From IMG/VR virus record IMGVR_UViG_3300023179_000059, positions 25,759 to 89,758 of that record: a stretch of DNA of 64,000 bases, one strand, 5' to 3'. Each line of letters opens with the position of its first letter. Position 1 is the stretch's first letter. The notes beneath the pieces are model-generated. The model was given only the letters and a program-made list of their open reading frames with translations. It ran no database searches and was not told where the DNA came from. Positions 11,676-22,066 of the stretch are shown here, one piece after another. The stretch comes from a virus (taxonomy: Duplodnaviria; Caudoviricetes). Both the position numbers and the translations under genes were made by a program.

Positions 11676-12383
11676 ATGGCTCAAATCGAATTTTATGCTA
11701 ATATTTTAAATGGTGCAAATACACTAATTAACCATTCTGCTGGTTCTGGATTAGGTTTTTATGGTTCTAGCTTTGGTGTTTCTGTCCCAGTAAATGCCAA
11801 GCAGACAACCACATATGTTACAGACGCTAATGGTGTAAATCAAGGCTCACAATTAAATAATACATCAATGAGTACTCTTGGTAATGGCGCAACAGCCGGA
11901 ACAGTTTCCATAAATTCAAATACAGCCATAAATAATAATAATCTCCCTAATTATTTATGCCCACTAAATGTCAGATTTACACACAACGAAGCTGTTCGTG
12001 TTCAAAACTGTAAGTTAAGAATATTTGATAGAAGTAATATAAACAATCCAGCCAGTGGCGTAACTACATATGTATATGAAGCTAGACATCCATCTTCATT
12101 ACAAAATAAAACAAACTTATCACATCGAGGTAGAAACGATAATAGTTGGGTTGAATTTGATCCAGTTACAAGCGTAACAGATATGATATTTACAAGTTCA
12201 CCCGGTATAAGTGGAACAAATACAAATACATCTGATACAGATACATCTTTAGGATATTTAACACAAAATGGTTCTTTACACTCTAGCACAAGACACGATT
12301 GGTATATAGCACTAAGTTCAGAACCAGAAAGTATTGGAAGTAAGACACAGTACGGTCTTTACTTCTCAGTAGAATACCTATAA
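11676..12383 (+). CDS. Putative abundant virion structural protein, 235 aa
   Basis: Has its own promoter, RBS and terminator; Asn/Ser/Thr-rich beta-type sequence. Confidence 0.5.
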   Translation: MAQIEFYANILNGANTLINHSAGSGLGFYGSSFGVSVPVNAKQTTTYVTDANGVNQGSQLNNTSMSTLGNGATAGTVSINSNTAINNNNLPNYLCPLNVRFTHNEAVRVQNCKLRIFDRSNINNPASGVTTYVYEARHPSSLQNKTNLSHRGRNDNSWVEFDPVTSVTDMIFTSSPGISGTNTNTSDTDTSLGYLTQNGSLHSSTRHDWYIALSSEPESIGSKTQYGLYFSVEYL

Positions 12384-12438
12384 AAATAAAATACCCCCAA
12401 GATAACCAATAATTGGATTTACCTTGGGGGATTTTTTT
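12384..12438. terminator. Bidirectional rho-independent terminator between convergent gene blocks
   Basis: Stem CCCCCAAG (12394-12401)/CTTGGGGG (12423-12430) with inner CCAAT/ATTGG; T-tract on the right, A-tract on the left. Confidence 0.8.
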
Positions 12439-12772
12439 ATTCAGACTGTTCAGTCTTTGGATTCCATTTTACCCAACCACCATCTGGTAGCCACTTTCCA
12501 TCGTTATCCTTCCTCTTTGGAAATAATCCACCGCCCTTCTTGTTGACACCAAAAGAAAGTCTAGCACCACAATCTAGGCATCGTAATTCATAATATAGAT
12601 TATCATCTACATTTCTAACTACAAATCTTAGATTTTCTGAACCACACTTTCCACAGGCTGTTTCATCAAATACTTCTTGAAACTTGCTAATAGCTTCAAA
12701 TAAGTCCTTTTGTGACTCACCCTCTAGCTCTACTTTTAGTCTACCATTTTTTGTTGTATATGTTAATCTCAT
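12437..12772 (-). CDS. Zinc-ribbon protein, 111 aa
   Basis: CGKCG...CLDCG motifs. Confidence 0.6.
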   Translation of the reverse strand: MRLTYTTKNGRLKVELEGESQKDLFEAISKFQEVFDETACGKCGSENLRFVVRNVDDNLYYELRCLDCGARLSFGVNKKGGGLFPKRKDNDGKWLPDGGWVKWNPKTEQSE

Positions 12773-13527
12773 AAATTACGCCACTCCTGTTGGTATCCAA
12801 CTATAGACTCTGGAATTAAATTCTTATCACGCTGAAAATCATTCAGCTTATCAATTATATCACTAGCGATCTTTTTTGACACCTTTTTATTAATATCAGC
12901 AGAAAATATATCCTTAAATAGTTTTTGTCCATTGATATTTAATTGCTTACACTTTACGTCAATAAAATTAAGTTGGGCATCACTCATTCTACTCTGATCA
13001 TTATAATCACTATCTGTACTAGTCTTTGTAGAAGATATATCTCTAACAATCTTAGCAGTGTCTTTCTTTGTTAATTCTTCGGCTGCAACGGCCCTAATCT
13101 TTAATGCTTTTCTCAAGGCTCTTGCTTCTGCTCTTGTACTTGCTATTGCAACAGCATAGGCACAGAATGTATCATCTGTGTTACCCTCCCAGCAGTCTGC
13201 CACTTCTGAATATTTCATTCCACTGCTAAACTCTACAGTAAAAACAACGGTAGCACGACCATGATGATCATCGCGTTGAACTGGAAACACTTGCGTTGGG
13301 CCACTAAAAATAATTGGCCCAATTACAAGTTCTGCCACCCTTCTCAATCCATGAACAAGTGGATTTCCATCTACCATTTCTGATTCTGAAAACAATCCCA
13401 TTACATAATCATTCCACTCTGGAGAAAGTGGATGTGGACCATCTACAGCAACTACATCTTTTACAGAAGTATTTGTATTGCTTGGTGTTGCTAGTTCAAC
13501 ATTATCAAATAACTGTTCCTCTTCCAT
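12769..13527 (-). CDS. Rad52/Sak-like single-strand annealing protein
   Basis: Beta-beta-beta-alpha core ending AIASTRAEARALRKALKI and a C-terminal SDAQLNFI motif, typical of phage Rad52-like SSAPs. Confidence 0.55.
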   Translation of the reverse strand: MEEEQLFDNVELATPSNTNTSVKDVVAVDGPHPLSPEWNDYVMGLFSESEMVDGNPLVHGLRRVAELVIGPIIFSGPTQVFPVQRDDHHGRATVVFTVEFSSGMKYSEVADCWEGNTDDTFCAYAVAIASTRAEARALRKALKIRAVAAEELTKKDTAKIVRDISSTKTSTDSDYNDQSRMSDAQLNFIDVKCKQLNINGQKLFKDIFSADINKKVSKKIASDIIDKLNDFQRDKNLIPESIVGYQQEWRNL

Positions 13528-13538
13528 ATATTATTCCT

Positions 13539-14306
13539 TTATACTTGTAGTTCAATTAATCTATTAGACTTGTCTGGAAAACGTGTATTAATCTTATTTA
13601 AGATATCAATAATATTATTCTTTAGCTTTTCTTGTTCGGCCAAAGATACATTGTCAGAAAGATTTTTAACTCTAATAATCGCTAATCCTTTCCCTAAAAT
13701 TAATCCTGTTTTATGCTCATCTGCTTTTATTTGTTTATGTAGCTTTTCTTCTCCCCATATTGGCAAGAAATGAGATGGGCCGTCTATCTCTATTATAGTC
13801 CGCAACTTGGGTATGTACATGTCTATTTCAAGATTTTGATTTGCGATGAGATTGGTCTTGTGATATTCTACCACAAAGCCAGCCGTTGTCAATTCCTTAC
13901 GTAGAAATTTCTCAAGTTTAGAACCTTCTTTACCAGCGGCTTGAATTGCTTTAATCGCTAAAGCCGCCATATTTTGTTTTTCTAATTCTGTCATATTTTT
14001 CCATCTATCTTTTGCAATTTGTACTCTAGAATTATATTCTTCATCAGATAGATTATCCCAAGTCTTTTTTAAACTTGCACTAATCTTTAGCTTATCTTCT
14101 TTAGTTCTTTTTTTACCTTTAGTTGGAATAATAGCTGTGCCATTATTAATAGCATTTCTTTGTGCTTCACTTTTACTTTTAAGCTCTACGCCATTTTTCA
14201 CTAATATTCTTCTAACCTTATTTGGATACGTATTTAATATTTCTGCTATTTCATACGTGCTTTTTTGATCTTTTGTATATAAATCAATAATCTTTTTTTC
14301 ATTCAT
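13539..14306 (-). mobile_element. Free-standing homing endonuclease-like gene (HTH/NUMOD N-terminus + Vsr/DUF559-type EDxHD nuclease)
   Basis: KSTYEIAEIL HTH; SKLE...EIDMYIP..IIEIDGPSHF nuclease motif. Confidence 0.65.
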
Positions 14307-14749
14307 TATTTCACCGATAATAGAAAGTCTACTATTTCATTAGAGTCAGATATAACTTTTGTTTTTATTCCAGTAACTCTATACAAATATTTTGCATCCT
14401 GCTCCGTCTTTGATACTATATTTACATTAGCATTAATAATATTTAACAGTTGAAATATTGAAACAGCTTTTTCCCATCCATAGTAATAAAAAATATCAAT
14501 ATTATTAACTATACTAAATGTAGATTTTAAACAATCCATATTGAATATTAATAATTTTCCATTAAAGTTCCATAGATCTGTTGAATTAAACATCCCGCAT
14601 GGTATGTCAAATGGTATAAATCCAACACCGTCATAAAAAATGCTACAATCTTTTAAATTATTATTATCTACTGCGGAATTGATAATATTTGAAACAAAAG
14701 ACATTTCACTTTCATTCGACAAAGTTTTAACATAAATACCTAAATTCAT
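14306..14749 (-). CDS. Hypothetical protein, possibly an isolated glycosyltransferase-like domain
   Basis: Start 14749 has an AGGA RBS; last gene of the glycan cluster; alternating alpha/beta pattern. Confidence 0.4.
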   Translation of the reverse strand: MNLGIYVKTLSNESEMSFVSNIINSAVDNNNLKDCSIFYDGVGFIPFDIPCGMFNSTDLWNFNGKLLIFNMDCLKSTFSIVNNIDIFYYYGWEKAVSIFQLLNIINANVNIVSKTEQDAKYLYRVTGIKTKVISDSNEIVDFLLSVK

Positions 14750-14757
14750 ATAAAATC

Positions 14758-15492
14758 CTATATAAAAATATTGTGATAGCCTAAACATTCGGATACATAA
14801 AAATAAAAACGTTCTAGTCCATGTGAAACCTCTCCATCTGTTCTATAAACATTCTTATTAAAAAAATCTTCATATATACAGCTATGAGTTGTTTCAATAA
14901 TATCTCTTTTTGCTAAAAATATATTACCAGAACAAAATCTTGGGTATAGTGATTCTTCTTTTATTAATTGATGTTTTTCTAATAAAATTCTTTGAAGTTC
15001 TTTTAGCCATATTACAGTGTGAATAGATTGTACTAAGTTTTTTCTATATTCAAATGGCATAGATCCATAATTATTTAATAAAGAATTTATGTCTTCAACT
15101 TTATTCACATACTTTAAAGATGAAATCATTCCACATTTTTTATTTAATAAATAATCATCCTCTACATTTGTTAATATTTCTATTAATTCAATCATCCAAG
15201 TTTTTTTATTAATATGTTTATCATGACAAAAAAATACCCAAGGTTTTTCTGATAAATCTTTTTTAAATGAATAGAAAAATCCATATTGGTCAGTACCAGC
15301 ATTATCTACATATGTAATATCTAAATCGAAAAATTTTCTAGCATGTTCTATTAATAATTTATTATTTGGATTATTTATTATTAATGATAGAAATATTTTT
15401 CCAGAACAATAATCTTTAATTTGATTGATTAATTCTACACCTGTGTCTTTGTAATATAAAAATACATGTGTAGATACTATTTTATTATTCAT
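14758..15492 (-). CDS. RgpF/rhamnan synthesis F-like glycosyltransferase
   Basis: HVFLYY, NAGTDQYGF, CHDK, FCSGNIF and DGEVSHGLER match RgpF motifs (HLYY, NRGRD, HTKK, FPAGSMF, DGTLAHAIER). Confidence 0.7.
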   Translation of the reverse strand: MNNKIVSTHVFLYYKDTGVELINQIKDYCSGKIFLSLIINNPNNKLLIEHARKFFDLDITYVDNAGTDQYGFFYSFKKDLSEKPWVFFCHDKHINKKTWMIELIEILTNVEDDYLLNKKCGMISSLKYVNKVEDINSLLNNYGSMPFEYRKNLVQSIHTVIWLKELQRILLEKHQLIKEESLYPRFCSGNIFLAKRDIIETTHSCIYEDFFNKNVYRTDGEVSHGLERFYFYVSECLGYHNIFI

Positions 15493-16130
15493 ATTTTAGA
15501 CCAGTAATGACCAAGTTCCATTGGCACTTTAGTTGTTACGCTGGTTCCGTTATAATTAAAATTATCTAATTTAATTAATCTAAAGTCAACGCTTACTCTA
15601 CTTACTCCAGTTTTATTTTCTTTATTTCCATGCAATAGATTTGCACCATTCCATATATAATATTCTCCAACATTTGCTTCCATCGGAATATAATCACCTT
15701 TATCTTCTTCTGTTTCTGCCCATATAGTATTTGTATCAAACGCATCTGTTAGTGGTAAAAATATATTCACTTCATTAGATGAATGATTATATGCCTTATC
15801 TTTATGCCATTTAGCAACAGCTATATTATCTGGTGTTTGTACTCTGAAAGTTGGTTTGGTTTGATATACCATATTTTCTGCACTAAAATGCTTATCTATT
15901 AAATATTGTACAAATTGCTTATATATAATTAGAAACTCGCTATTTTCATCTTCATATATTGGATAAAACATTCTATGAAAGATTGTTTTTTGATCTTTTG
16001 ATGGATCGTCTGGAATTTCTAATCTTTCTTTGGCTACAGTGTGAATTTGATCTAATCTATCTATATTAAATCTTTTTTGTACAATATCACTAAAATTAAA
16101 TACTGATGTATCATATGAATATTTTTTCAT
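15489..16130 (-). CDS. 2OG-Fe(II) dioxygenase, StrG-like
   Basis: QTKPTFRV..WHKD (HxD), NIFLPLT, distal LHG and RVSVDFR. Confidence 0.7.
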   Translation of the reverse strand: MKKYSYDTSVFNFSDIVQKRFNIDRLDQIHTVAKERLEIPDDPSKDQKTIFHRMFYPIYEDENSEFLIIYKQFVQYLIDKHFSAENMVYQTKPTFRVQTPDNIAVAKWHKDKAYNHSSNEVNIFLPLTDAFDTNTIWAETEEDKGDYIPMEANVGEYYIWNGANLLHGNKENKTGVSRVSVDFRLIKLDNFNYNGTSVTTKVPMELGHYWSKI

Positions 16131-16132
16131 TA

Positions 16133-16813
16133 TTAATTCTCCAATAGTTTCATAGCAGCAACATTAAACGTACCATGAAAGCCAAACGAGTTATATGTTT
16201 TAATATTTTGTCTATCATAAAATCTATGAATAGATGGATGCTCTACTGAAAACTTATATGCTAAATCTACACTTGGGAAATTTATACCCATTTCTATCAT
16301 TGCGTTATATGAATAACTACATGCAAACCAATCTTCTGGAGTTATTAATTTACCCGCTGGAATATGTGGTTGAAACTGTATTTTACTATTATAGTTAAGT
16401 GTCTTAGCCGATTGCAAAAATTTCTGACTTCTTAATGAGAATCCGCCATTTCCAATATTATTATTTTTTTCGCTTATCCACGGCGCACCTATATAATCAT
16501 ATTGTAAAAATTCTTCTCTCCATAAGTGTGAATTAATAATAAAACCATCACCTTGAAATGTTAAACAATATTCTGTATCGATATAGTTTGGTAAATCATA
16601 TAAACAAAATAAAGCATATTCTTCTTGATTTAATGGTGATATTTTAATCATATCAATATTATCACAATCAACAATAGTATCTGATAATATTTTTGTAGAA
16701 CCAAACTCAATATCTTTAATACAATATTGTGCAGCTTTTATTATGCCATTTAAAAATTTATTATTACCACATACCGATACTAGGGTTATATTTTTTAATA
16801 TCATTGATCCCAA
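16133..16813 (-). CDS. DUF5672-like GT-A fold protein
   Basis: FQGDGF, YDYIGAPW, GNGGFSLRS, EDWF and FGFHG motifs. Confidence 0.75.
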   Translation of the reverse strand: MGSMILKNITLVSVCGNNKFLNGIIKAAQYCIKDIEFGSTKILSDTIVDCDNIDMIKISPLNQEEYALFCLYDLPNYIDTEYCLTFQGDGFIINSHLWREEFLQYDYIGAPWISEKNNNIGNGGFSLRSQKFLQSAKTLNYNSKIQFQPHIPAGKLITPEDWFACSYSYNAMIEMGINFPSVDLAYKFSVEHPSIHRFYDRQNIKTYNSFGFHGTFNVAAMKLLEN

Positions 16814-17544
16814 GCCCCAACCATGTTTGAAAAATAATTATTTCCTAGATAATAATCTCTCTTAAAAGCTTCTGATTGTAACCAAGGATTTAATGTAGAT
16901 CCAATGTCTAAATAAGTATTATATGGACAATCTTTAGTTAATTCATATGCTAAAATATTTCCAAATGGTCCACAGCAAAAAAGAACTAATAAATCTTCTA
17001 CACCTTGTGATTTAAGATTTGTCAGTAATATCTTTGCACTATCTATATAATCCCAGTTATATTGCCAAGCATTATTTTCAACTGGAAATATAACATATGG
17101 AACAAATGGTAAATTTTCTATTTTACCACGTTTATTACAAAATAATACAACATCTCTATTTTTAAATAGTGGAACAATTTCGTTTATAAAATAAATATAG
17201 TTTGAATTAACCCAAATATCGGCCCAAGTTAATCTATCTTCTGGAAGGCCCGATATCATCTTCATTCTTCTATGTGTTTCAATTCCAAATACATTGACAC
17301 ACGTTATACCAACAAAATATCTATCATTATTATACTGAAACGCATCTAATAATTTTTTTCTTTTAAATGTATCTGTCGATGGGTCAAAATTAAATTCTTT
17401 ATTATCTATATGATTATTTTGAAGTACAGCCCATTCGCCATCACAAAATTTAGAAAATGTTATTCTTTCTCCACTTTGTATAGCTTCTTTTAAAATTACT
17501 ATATCTTGTTGATAATTTTTATTCGGTGGTGTTGTAAATTTCAT
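16801..17544 (-). CDS. GT-D fold-like glycosyltransferase
   Basis: FSKFCDGE, LFCCGPFG and YLDIGS correspond to the RYGDGE / ALGP / IDIG motifs. Confidence 0.6.
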   Translation of the reverse strand: MKFTTPPNKNYQQDIVILKEAIQSGERITFSKFCDGEWAVLQNNHIDNKEFNFDPSTDTFKRKKLLDAFQYNNDRYFVGITCVNVFGIETHRRMKMISGLPEDRLTWADIWVNSNYIYFINEIVPLFKNRDVVLFCNKRGKIENLPFVPYVIFPVENNAWQYNWDYIDSAKILLTNLKSQGVEDLLVLFCCGPFGNILAYELTKDCPYNTYLDIGSTLNPWLQSEAFKRDYYLGNNYFSNMVGAWDQ

Positions 17545-18302
17545 GTTTTATCTGCCAGTATTTTATATCCATTGTTTCTGATAAAATTCCAATATTGATT
17601 CATTCCCATGTTTGCTTGATTATTCCAAGATATTGCAGAGGCATCTGTTCCATATTTATTAGCTGTATCTGGCATTGATCCCCACAATTCTTTTTCGTTA
17701 ACTGGATGTGGTGCAACATATGTTCCCATGTCAAAATACTTTTGTGCTATATAAGATAAGTGCATATCTTCACCATAATTCATTGGTATTGTTTCTGGCA
17801 TTTCTGCCCAGTATGCTCTTAAAATATTTTTTGGAAAAAACCAACAATGACATCCCATATCAACTTGCATTACTTCTTCATTTGGAGAACACCATCCATA
17901 TGCTTTATAACTTTGTGGCATAGGATATGTATTATTATGTTCCTTATCCATAACAACCCCCCTAGTTGTTATAACCCCATTATGTTTTGATATTGTATCT
18001 AGGCAGTTTTCTATCCACCTAGAGCCGGGAATAGTGTCATCGTCAATAATACATATATATGGAGTTTGGGCATTTATAGCTAATGTGAATCTACCCCAAA
18101 CACCAAAATTAGTATTAGATATTACACTGTGGCATTCGTTTATTATATTTTGTGGAATATTACCACTATGTTCATTATTTACTAAATTAACCCAAAAGAA
18201 GATATCAATATCTTTGAAAGATTGATTTTTAATAGCTGCTAGCTGTTCTTCTAAAACATATATTCTTTTATATCCACTTAATATAACTGTTACTAGATTC
18301 AT
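17541..18302 (-). CDS. GT-A (family 2-like) glycosyltransferase
   Basis: TVILSGYKR, CIIDDD (DxD) and GED motifs. Confidence 0.75.
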   Translation of the reverse strand: MNLVTVILSGYKRIYVLEEQLAAIKNQSFKDIDIFFWVNLVNNEHSGNIPQNIINECHSVISNTNFGVWGRFTLAINAQTPYICIIDDDTIPGSRWIENCLDTISKHNGVITTRGVVMDKEHNNTYPMPQSYKAYGWCSPNEEVMQVDMGCHCWFFPKNILRAYWAEMPETIPMNYGEDMHLSYIAQKYFDMGTYVAPHPVNEKELWGSMPDTANKYGTDASAISWNNQANMGMNQYWNFIRNNGYKILADKT

Positions 18303-19153
18303 TTTTTTGTCCTTATATTTGAAAGCAAAGTTTTAACTCTATTTTTGCTTGTATGTTTTTCTAATATATATGTTTTTAACTCTGAAAAGTCTATCAATCT
18401 ATCATTATCATTTATATCTAATGTTTTAGATGTCTTTAATATTTTTGAAACAGTATCATTCATTTTATTAAGACTATCTTTATTGTCTAAATCAAAATAA
18501 ACACTACAATCAAAAATAATTGCATCAAATAATGATTGTGGTAAATATCCATTAAATTCTCTTAATACAATAGTTTTATAAGACTTATATAGTGGTGCTA
18601 ATAAAAGCTCTGGCAAAACAAAATCTACATCATCTTTTAGAGATTCATAATTTGATATGTTATGATAGATACCATCATATTCTTTAATGTTGTTTTTAGT
18701 TTTTACTAAAACACCAATGTCAACATTAAATTTAATTGTATTTTTTCGTTGTAGTAAATTAAGATCTGCTGCGTTACATAAACTAATAATATTTCTATCT
18801 TTTATTTTTGGCAAATTGTCCGAATCTAAATACGAAAAGAATAATGATGATGTTATATTATTTGCAAAAAAGAACTGAGATAATTTTTGTACATCTTCGT
18901 TGCTCATAGCACTTATATTTATTAACACATCAATCTTATTTTCATTATTATTTATATAATGAATTACATCTTGAGATATTTTATGACCATGTGTAATATA
19001 AACATCTGGTTTATATCTATCAAATATGTCATATACGCTTTCTTTTGAGCTATCACACAAGTATGATTTATGGTCCATTTCTATTAGAGTTTGATGAAAA
19101 TACATTGGCTGTGTATCTTCTGATGTTGTATAATTATCTATTACAAAGTTCAT
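18299..19153 (-). CDS. Hypothetical, GT-B-like protein of the glycan cluster
   Basis: YDIFDRYKPDVYIT resembles CgeB/GT-B N-terminal motifs; position inside the cluster. Confidence 0.4.
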   Translation of the reverse strand: MNFVIDNYTTSEDTQPMYFHQTLIEMDHKSYLCDSSKESVYDIFDRYKPDVYITHGHKISQDVIHYINNNENKIDVLINISAMSNEDVQKLSQFFFANNITSSLFFSYLDSDNLPKIKDRNIISLCNAADLNLLQRKNTIKFNVDIGVLVKTKNNIKEYDGIYHNISNYESLKDDVDFVLPELLLAPLYKSYKTIVLREFNGYLPQSLFDAIIFDCSVYFDLDNKDSLNKMNDTVSKILKTSKTLDINDNDRLIDFSELKTYILEKHTSKNRVKTLLSNIRTKK

Positions 19154-19914
19154 AGGTGATCCTTTAAATTTTTATAGATTTTGATATTATTTAGTTTTTG
19201 TATGGTATGTTTATTTTTTATATAGCATATTTCATGATTTAATTTTAGTAAATCATTAAATAACTCAAATATTAATTTATTCTTGTATTCCTCATTATAT
19301 AATAATCTTCTCAAAGCGTCTAACACTTCCTTTTTTGTAAAATATATTATTTCTGACCAAATTTTTTGCGCTCCATAAGAAAAGTGTTCAATAATATTGA
19401 TTTCGTTTACATTAACACCTATCTCTAGATTTTCTGATGGTTTATCTTCTATTAGTAAAAAATCACGATTTAAATCTACAGTATTAAAAATATTTGCTGT
19501 AAAAAATAGACTACCATCAATTATAAATATTTTTGAATTATTAATATTATTTAAGCACAGCCTCAAGCTTTCACAAGAATTGCATGTACTAAAAAGTTGA
19601 TTTTCTACTATTCTAATATTATATTGACTATATTTGTTCTTAATATATTTACATAGATTATGAGCATCAAAACCAGTACATATAATAATTTCATTTTTCT
19701 TAAAAGATTGATTGATTGCCTCTATTTGAAAATCAATAAGTTTTCTATCTTTAATATTTATTAGTGATGTAGATCCATATGATTTCATTCTATATCCCGG
19801 CATGTCACATAATAAAATAAATGTAACAAATGTTTCAGTTTTTTCTATTACTTTATCTTTTGGGATAAGTGCTGAAATAGATTTGGTAGATGTTATAAAT
19901 TTTTTTCTATTCAT
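19150..19914 (-). CDS. Sugar/choline-phosphate nucleotidyltransferase-like (LicC-type), degenerate signature
   Basis: ILL..PGYRMKSYG..SLI.I..RKLID.QI, IIICTGF and NSCESL; canonical LAAG replaced by LCDM. Confidence 0.65.
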   Translation of the reverse strand: MNRKKFITSTKSISALIPKDKVIEKTETFVTFILLCDMPGYRMKSYGSTSLINIKDRKLIDFQIEAINQSFKKNEIIICTGFDAHNLCKYIKNKYSQYNIRIVENQLFSTCNSCESLRLCLNNINNSKIFIIDGSLFFTANIFNTVDLNRDFLLIEDKPSENLEIGVNVNEINIIEHFSYGAQKIWSEIIYFTKKEVLDALRRLLYNEEYKNKLIFELFNDLLKLNHEICYIKNKHTIQKLNNIKIYKNLKDHL

Positions 19915-19915
19915 A

Positions 19916-20680
19916 CTAAATCTCTACATAAAAATCTTCTTTAGCATAATTAATTATATTTTGTAATGATTGTTCTAGATCTGGATTAATTTTTCCATCG
20001 TTTTCTATTTTATATGATAAGTTAGATATTATATATGTATTTCTATTTTTACATACCAATATCTTTTTTAAATCATTATGTATGATGTCATTTAGTTTTT
20101 GAAAAATATCAATATCTACGATATGATCATGATCAATTTTTATGTGATATGAATTTCTTGATTTTGATATTACGTTATGTTCCAAAACCGATTTGTTATA
20201 ATATATACTTAAATCTGATTTCTTAATACCCTTTTTAAGATTTAATAAATTTTTTCTGCTATCTTTATCTAATGACTGATTGTGATATAAGTGTATGTTA
20301 AACTTATTTTCTCCATAGAAGATTGCTTCTATTAATAGTCTTTGGACATATTGATAATATTCGATATTGTCTATATTATCGCAGTTTATTAGTAGATCAA
20401 AACTAATCTTAACTTCTTCTAAAGCCTTTTCAACATCAACATTCCCATTATTCCAACTATCTTTATCTCTATATAGTGTGCATAATCTATTAACTACAAA
20501 AAATTCTTTTTCATCATCATATGCCTCTGTTATATAAGAGAAATCATTAGTAGACAGATTTTTAAACTTATCTATTCTTCCATGAGCGCAGCTAATCTGT
20601 GTATTATCTTTATATTCTGCAAACACGCAGTTTTTACAACTAGTCCTTATTATTTTACTATCTTGTTGCAATGATTTCAT
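19916..20680 (-). CDS. Hypothetical protein with N-terminal Cys cluster
   Basis: CKNC..C..C motif; coupled inside the cluster. Confidence 0.5.
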   Translation of the reverse strand: MKSLQQDSKIIRTSCKNCVFAEYKDNTQISCAHGRIDKFKNLSTNDFSYITEAYDDEKEFFVVNRLCTLYRDKDSWNNGNVDVEKALEEVKISFDLLINCDNIDNIEYYQYVQRLLIEAIFYGENKFNIHLYHNQSLDKDSRKNLLNLKKGIKKSDLSIYYNKSVLEHNVISKSRNSYHIKIDHDHIVDIDIFQKLNDIIHNDLKKILVCKNRNTYIISNLSYKIENDGKINPDLEQSLQNIINYAKEDFYVEI

Positions 20681-21071
20681 AAATATTTCCCTTTGTAGTA
20701 GAAGATTGTATCTTTAAGTTTTTTCCACTTAATAGATCAAACATATATTTTCTTGAATGTATTGATTTTATATTTTGTATCATTTGATTAAATTCTTGCT
20801 CAGATAATGTTCCATTTACTATATTTCTAGCAACAATATCTAGATTAATGCAACTTATAAATAGTGTTCCGCCAAGTCTTAGCTTTGATATTAATAAATT
20901 AATAAAACCATCTATATTTTTTTCATCTATCAGATCTAATATATTTGCAACTAAAATTTCTGTACAGGAGTTATTTATTATGCTTTGATGCTCACTTGGT
21001 AGCTTTTCTAATAATACATTAGAATATCCAGATATAAATCTATCTTCTGTTAATGCTATGTTTAATTTCAT
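20658..21071 (-). CDS. Degenerate class I SAM methyltransferase-like protein
   Basis: MKLNI....GY.NV, EILVANILDLI and KLRLGGTLFI follow the Methyltransf_11 layout, but the GxG motif is lost. Confidence 0.5.
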   Translation of the reverse strand: MKLNIALTEDRFISGYSNVLLEKLPSEHQSIINNSCTEILVANILDLIDEKNIDGFINLLISKLRLGGTLFISCINLDIVARNIVNGTLSEQEFNQMIQNIKSIHSRKYMFDLLSGKNLKIQSSTTKGNIYEIIATR

Positions 21072-22066
21072 CTGTTAAATACCTCATAAGTTTCGTTAAA
21101 AATAGTATTCCAATTATTGATAAATACTATTTCTGAAAATTTCTCTAATATGGTTGCTCTTGCATTATTTCCAACAGTCTTTCTTAATTCTTTATCCTTT
21201 AGTAATATTTCTAAATATTTTCTTAGTTCTGACTCATCATTTGATATAAAGCCATTCACACCATTCTGTATAACAGATGGTATCATACATGTGGCAGTTG
21301 ACACAACCGCACACCCACAACTCATTGCTTCTAATAAAGACGTAGGAATTGGACTTAATGTAGAACTATTAAAAAATACAGAACACTTATTATATTCTTC
21401 TATTAACTCTTCTGTAGATTTTGCAGCTTCCGATAAGCCCTCGGTATCTCCAATAACTTTTCTATTTAAGCCGTCTGTAACTCTTTTCCATCCAGAAAAA
21501 TTTAAACAATAATCTCTATTTATAAAATCATTTGCGACAGATAATATATGATTCTGTTTTTCTATTTGTAGCGGCTTAAAAGATTCTATATCTATTCCAT
21601 GATGTATAACGTGAGAATCTATACCAATATTCCAAGCATTTTGTGAAAATTCAGATATAAATATATTAACATTCCCAATCATTTTTTGCATTTGGATAAT
21701 TTGTTCTTCTTTTTGAACGCCATACAATGGAAGGGTATGTTCCAACGAAATAACTGGAATATTAAGCATTGGGGCTATTTGTGAAGCAATCTGAAATTGA
21801 CCAAACTTACTTTGAGATAATATAAAATCATAATTTAAATATGAAGCTAGTTCATTATCTGGTAATATATGATAATTTTGTGGAATTGGACATTGTTTTT
21901 CGTTCCACTTCTTACGCCCCTGTACATTAAAAGAATAGAACTCATGTCCTGTCTTACATAATTGAGTTTCATATCTTTCATGCGTTGGGAAGGTTAAAAT
22001 ACGATATTTATCTCTTCTACTTTCGTTTGACAAAGATATTATTCTTTTTACTGAGTTATTAATCAT
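21068..22066 (-). CDS. GT4 (GT-B) glycosyltransferase
   Basis: VIHHGID, PTSLLEAMSCG and IQNGVNGF. Confidence 0.85.
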   Translation of the reverse strand: MINNSVKRIISLSNESRRDKYRILTFPTHERYETQLCKTGHEFYSFNVQGRKKWNEKQCPIPQNYHILPDNELASYLNYDFILSQSKFGQFQIASQIAPMLNIPVISLEHTLPLYGVQKEEQIIQMQKMIGNVNIFISEFSQNAWNIGIDSHVIHHGIDIESFKPLQIEKQNHILSVANDFINRDYCLNFSGWKRVTDGLNRKVIGDTEGLSEAAKSTEELIEEYNKCSVFFNSSTLSPIPTSLLEAMSCGCAVVSTATCMIPSVIQNGVNGFISNDESELRKYLEILLKDKELRKTVGNNARATILEKFSEIVFINNWNTIFNETYEVFNR

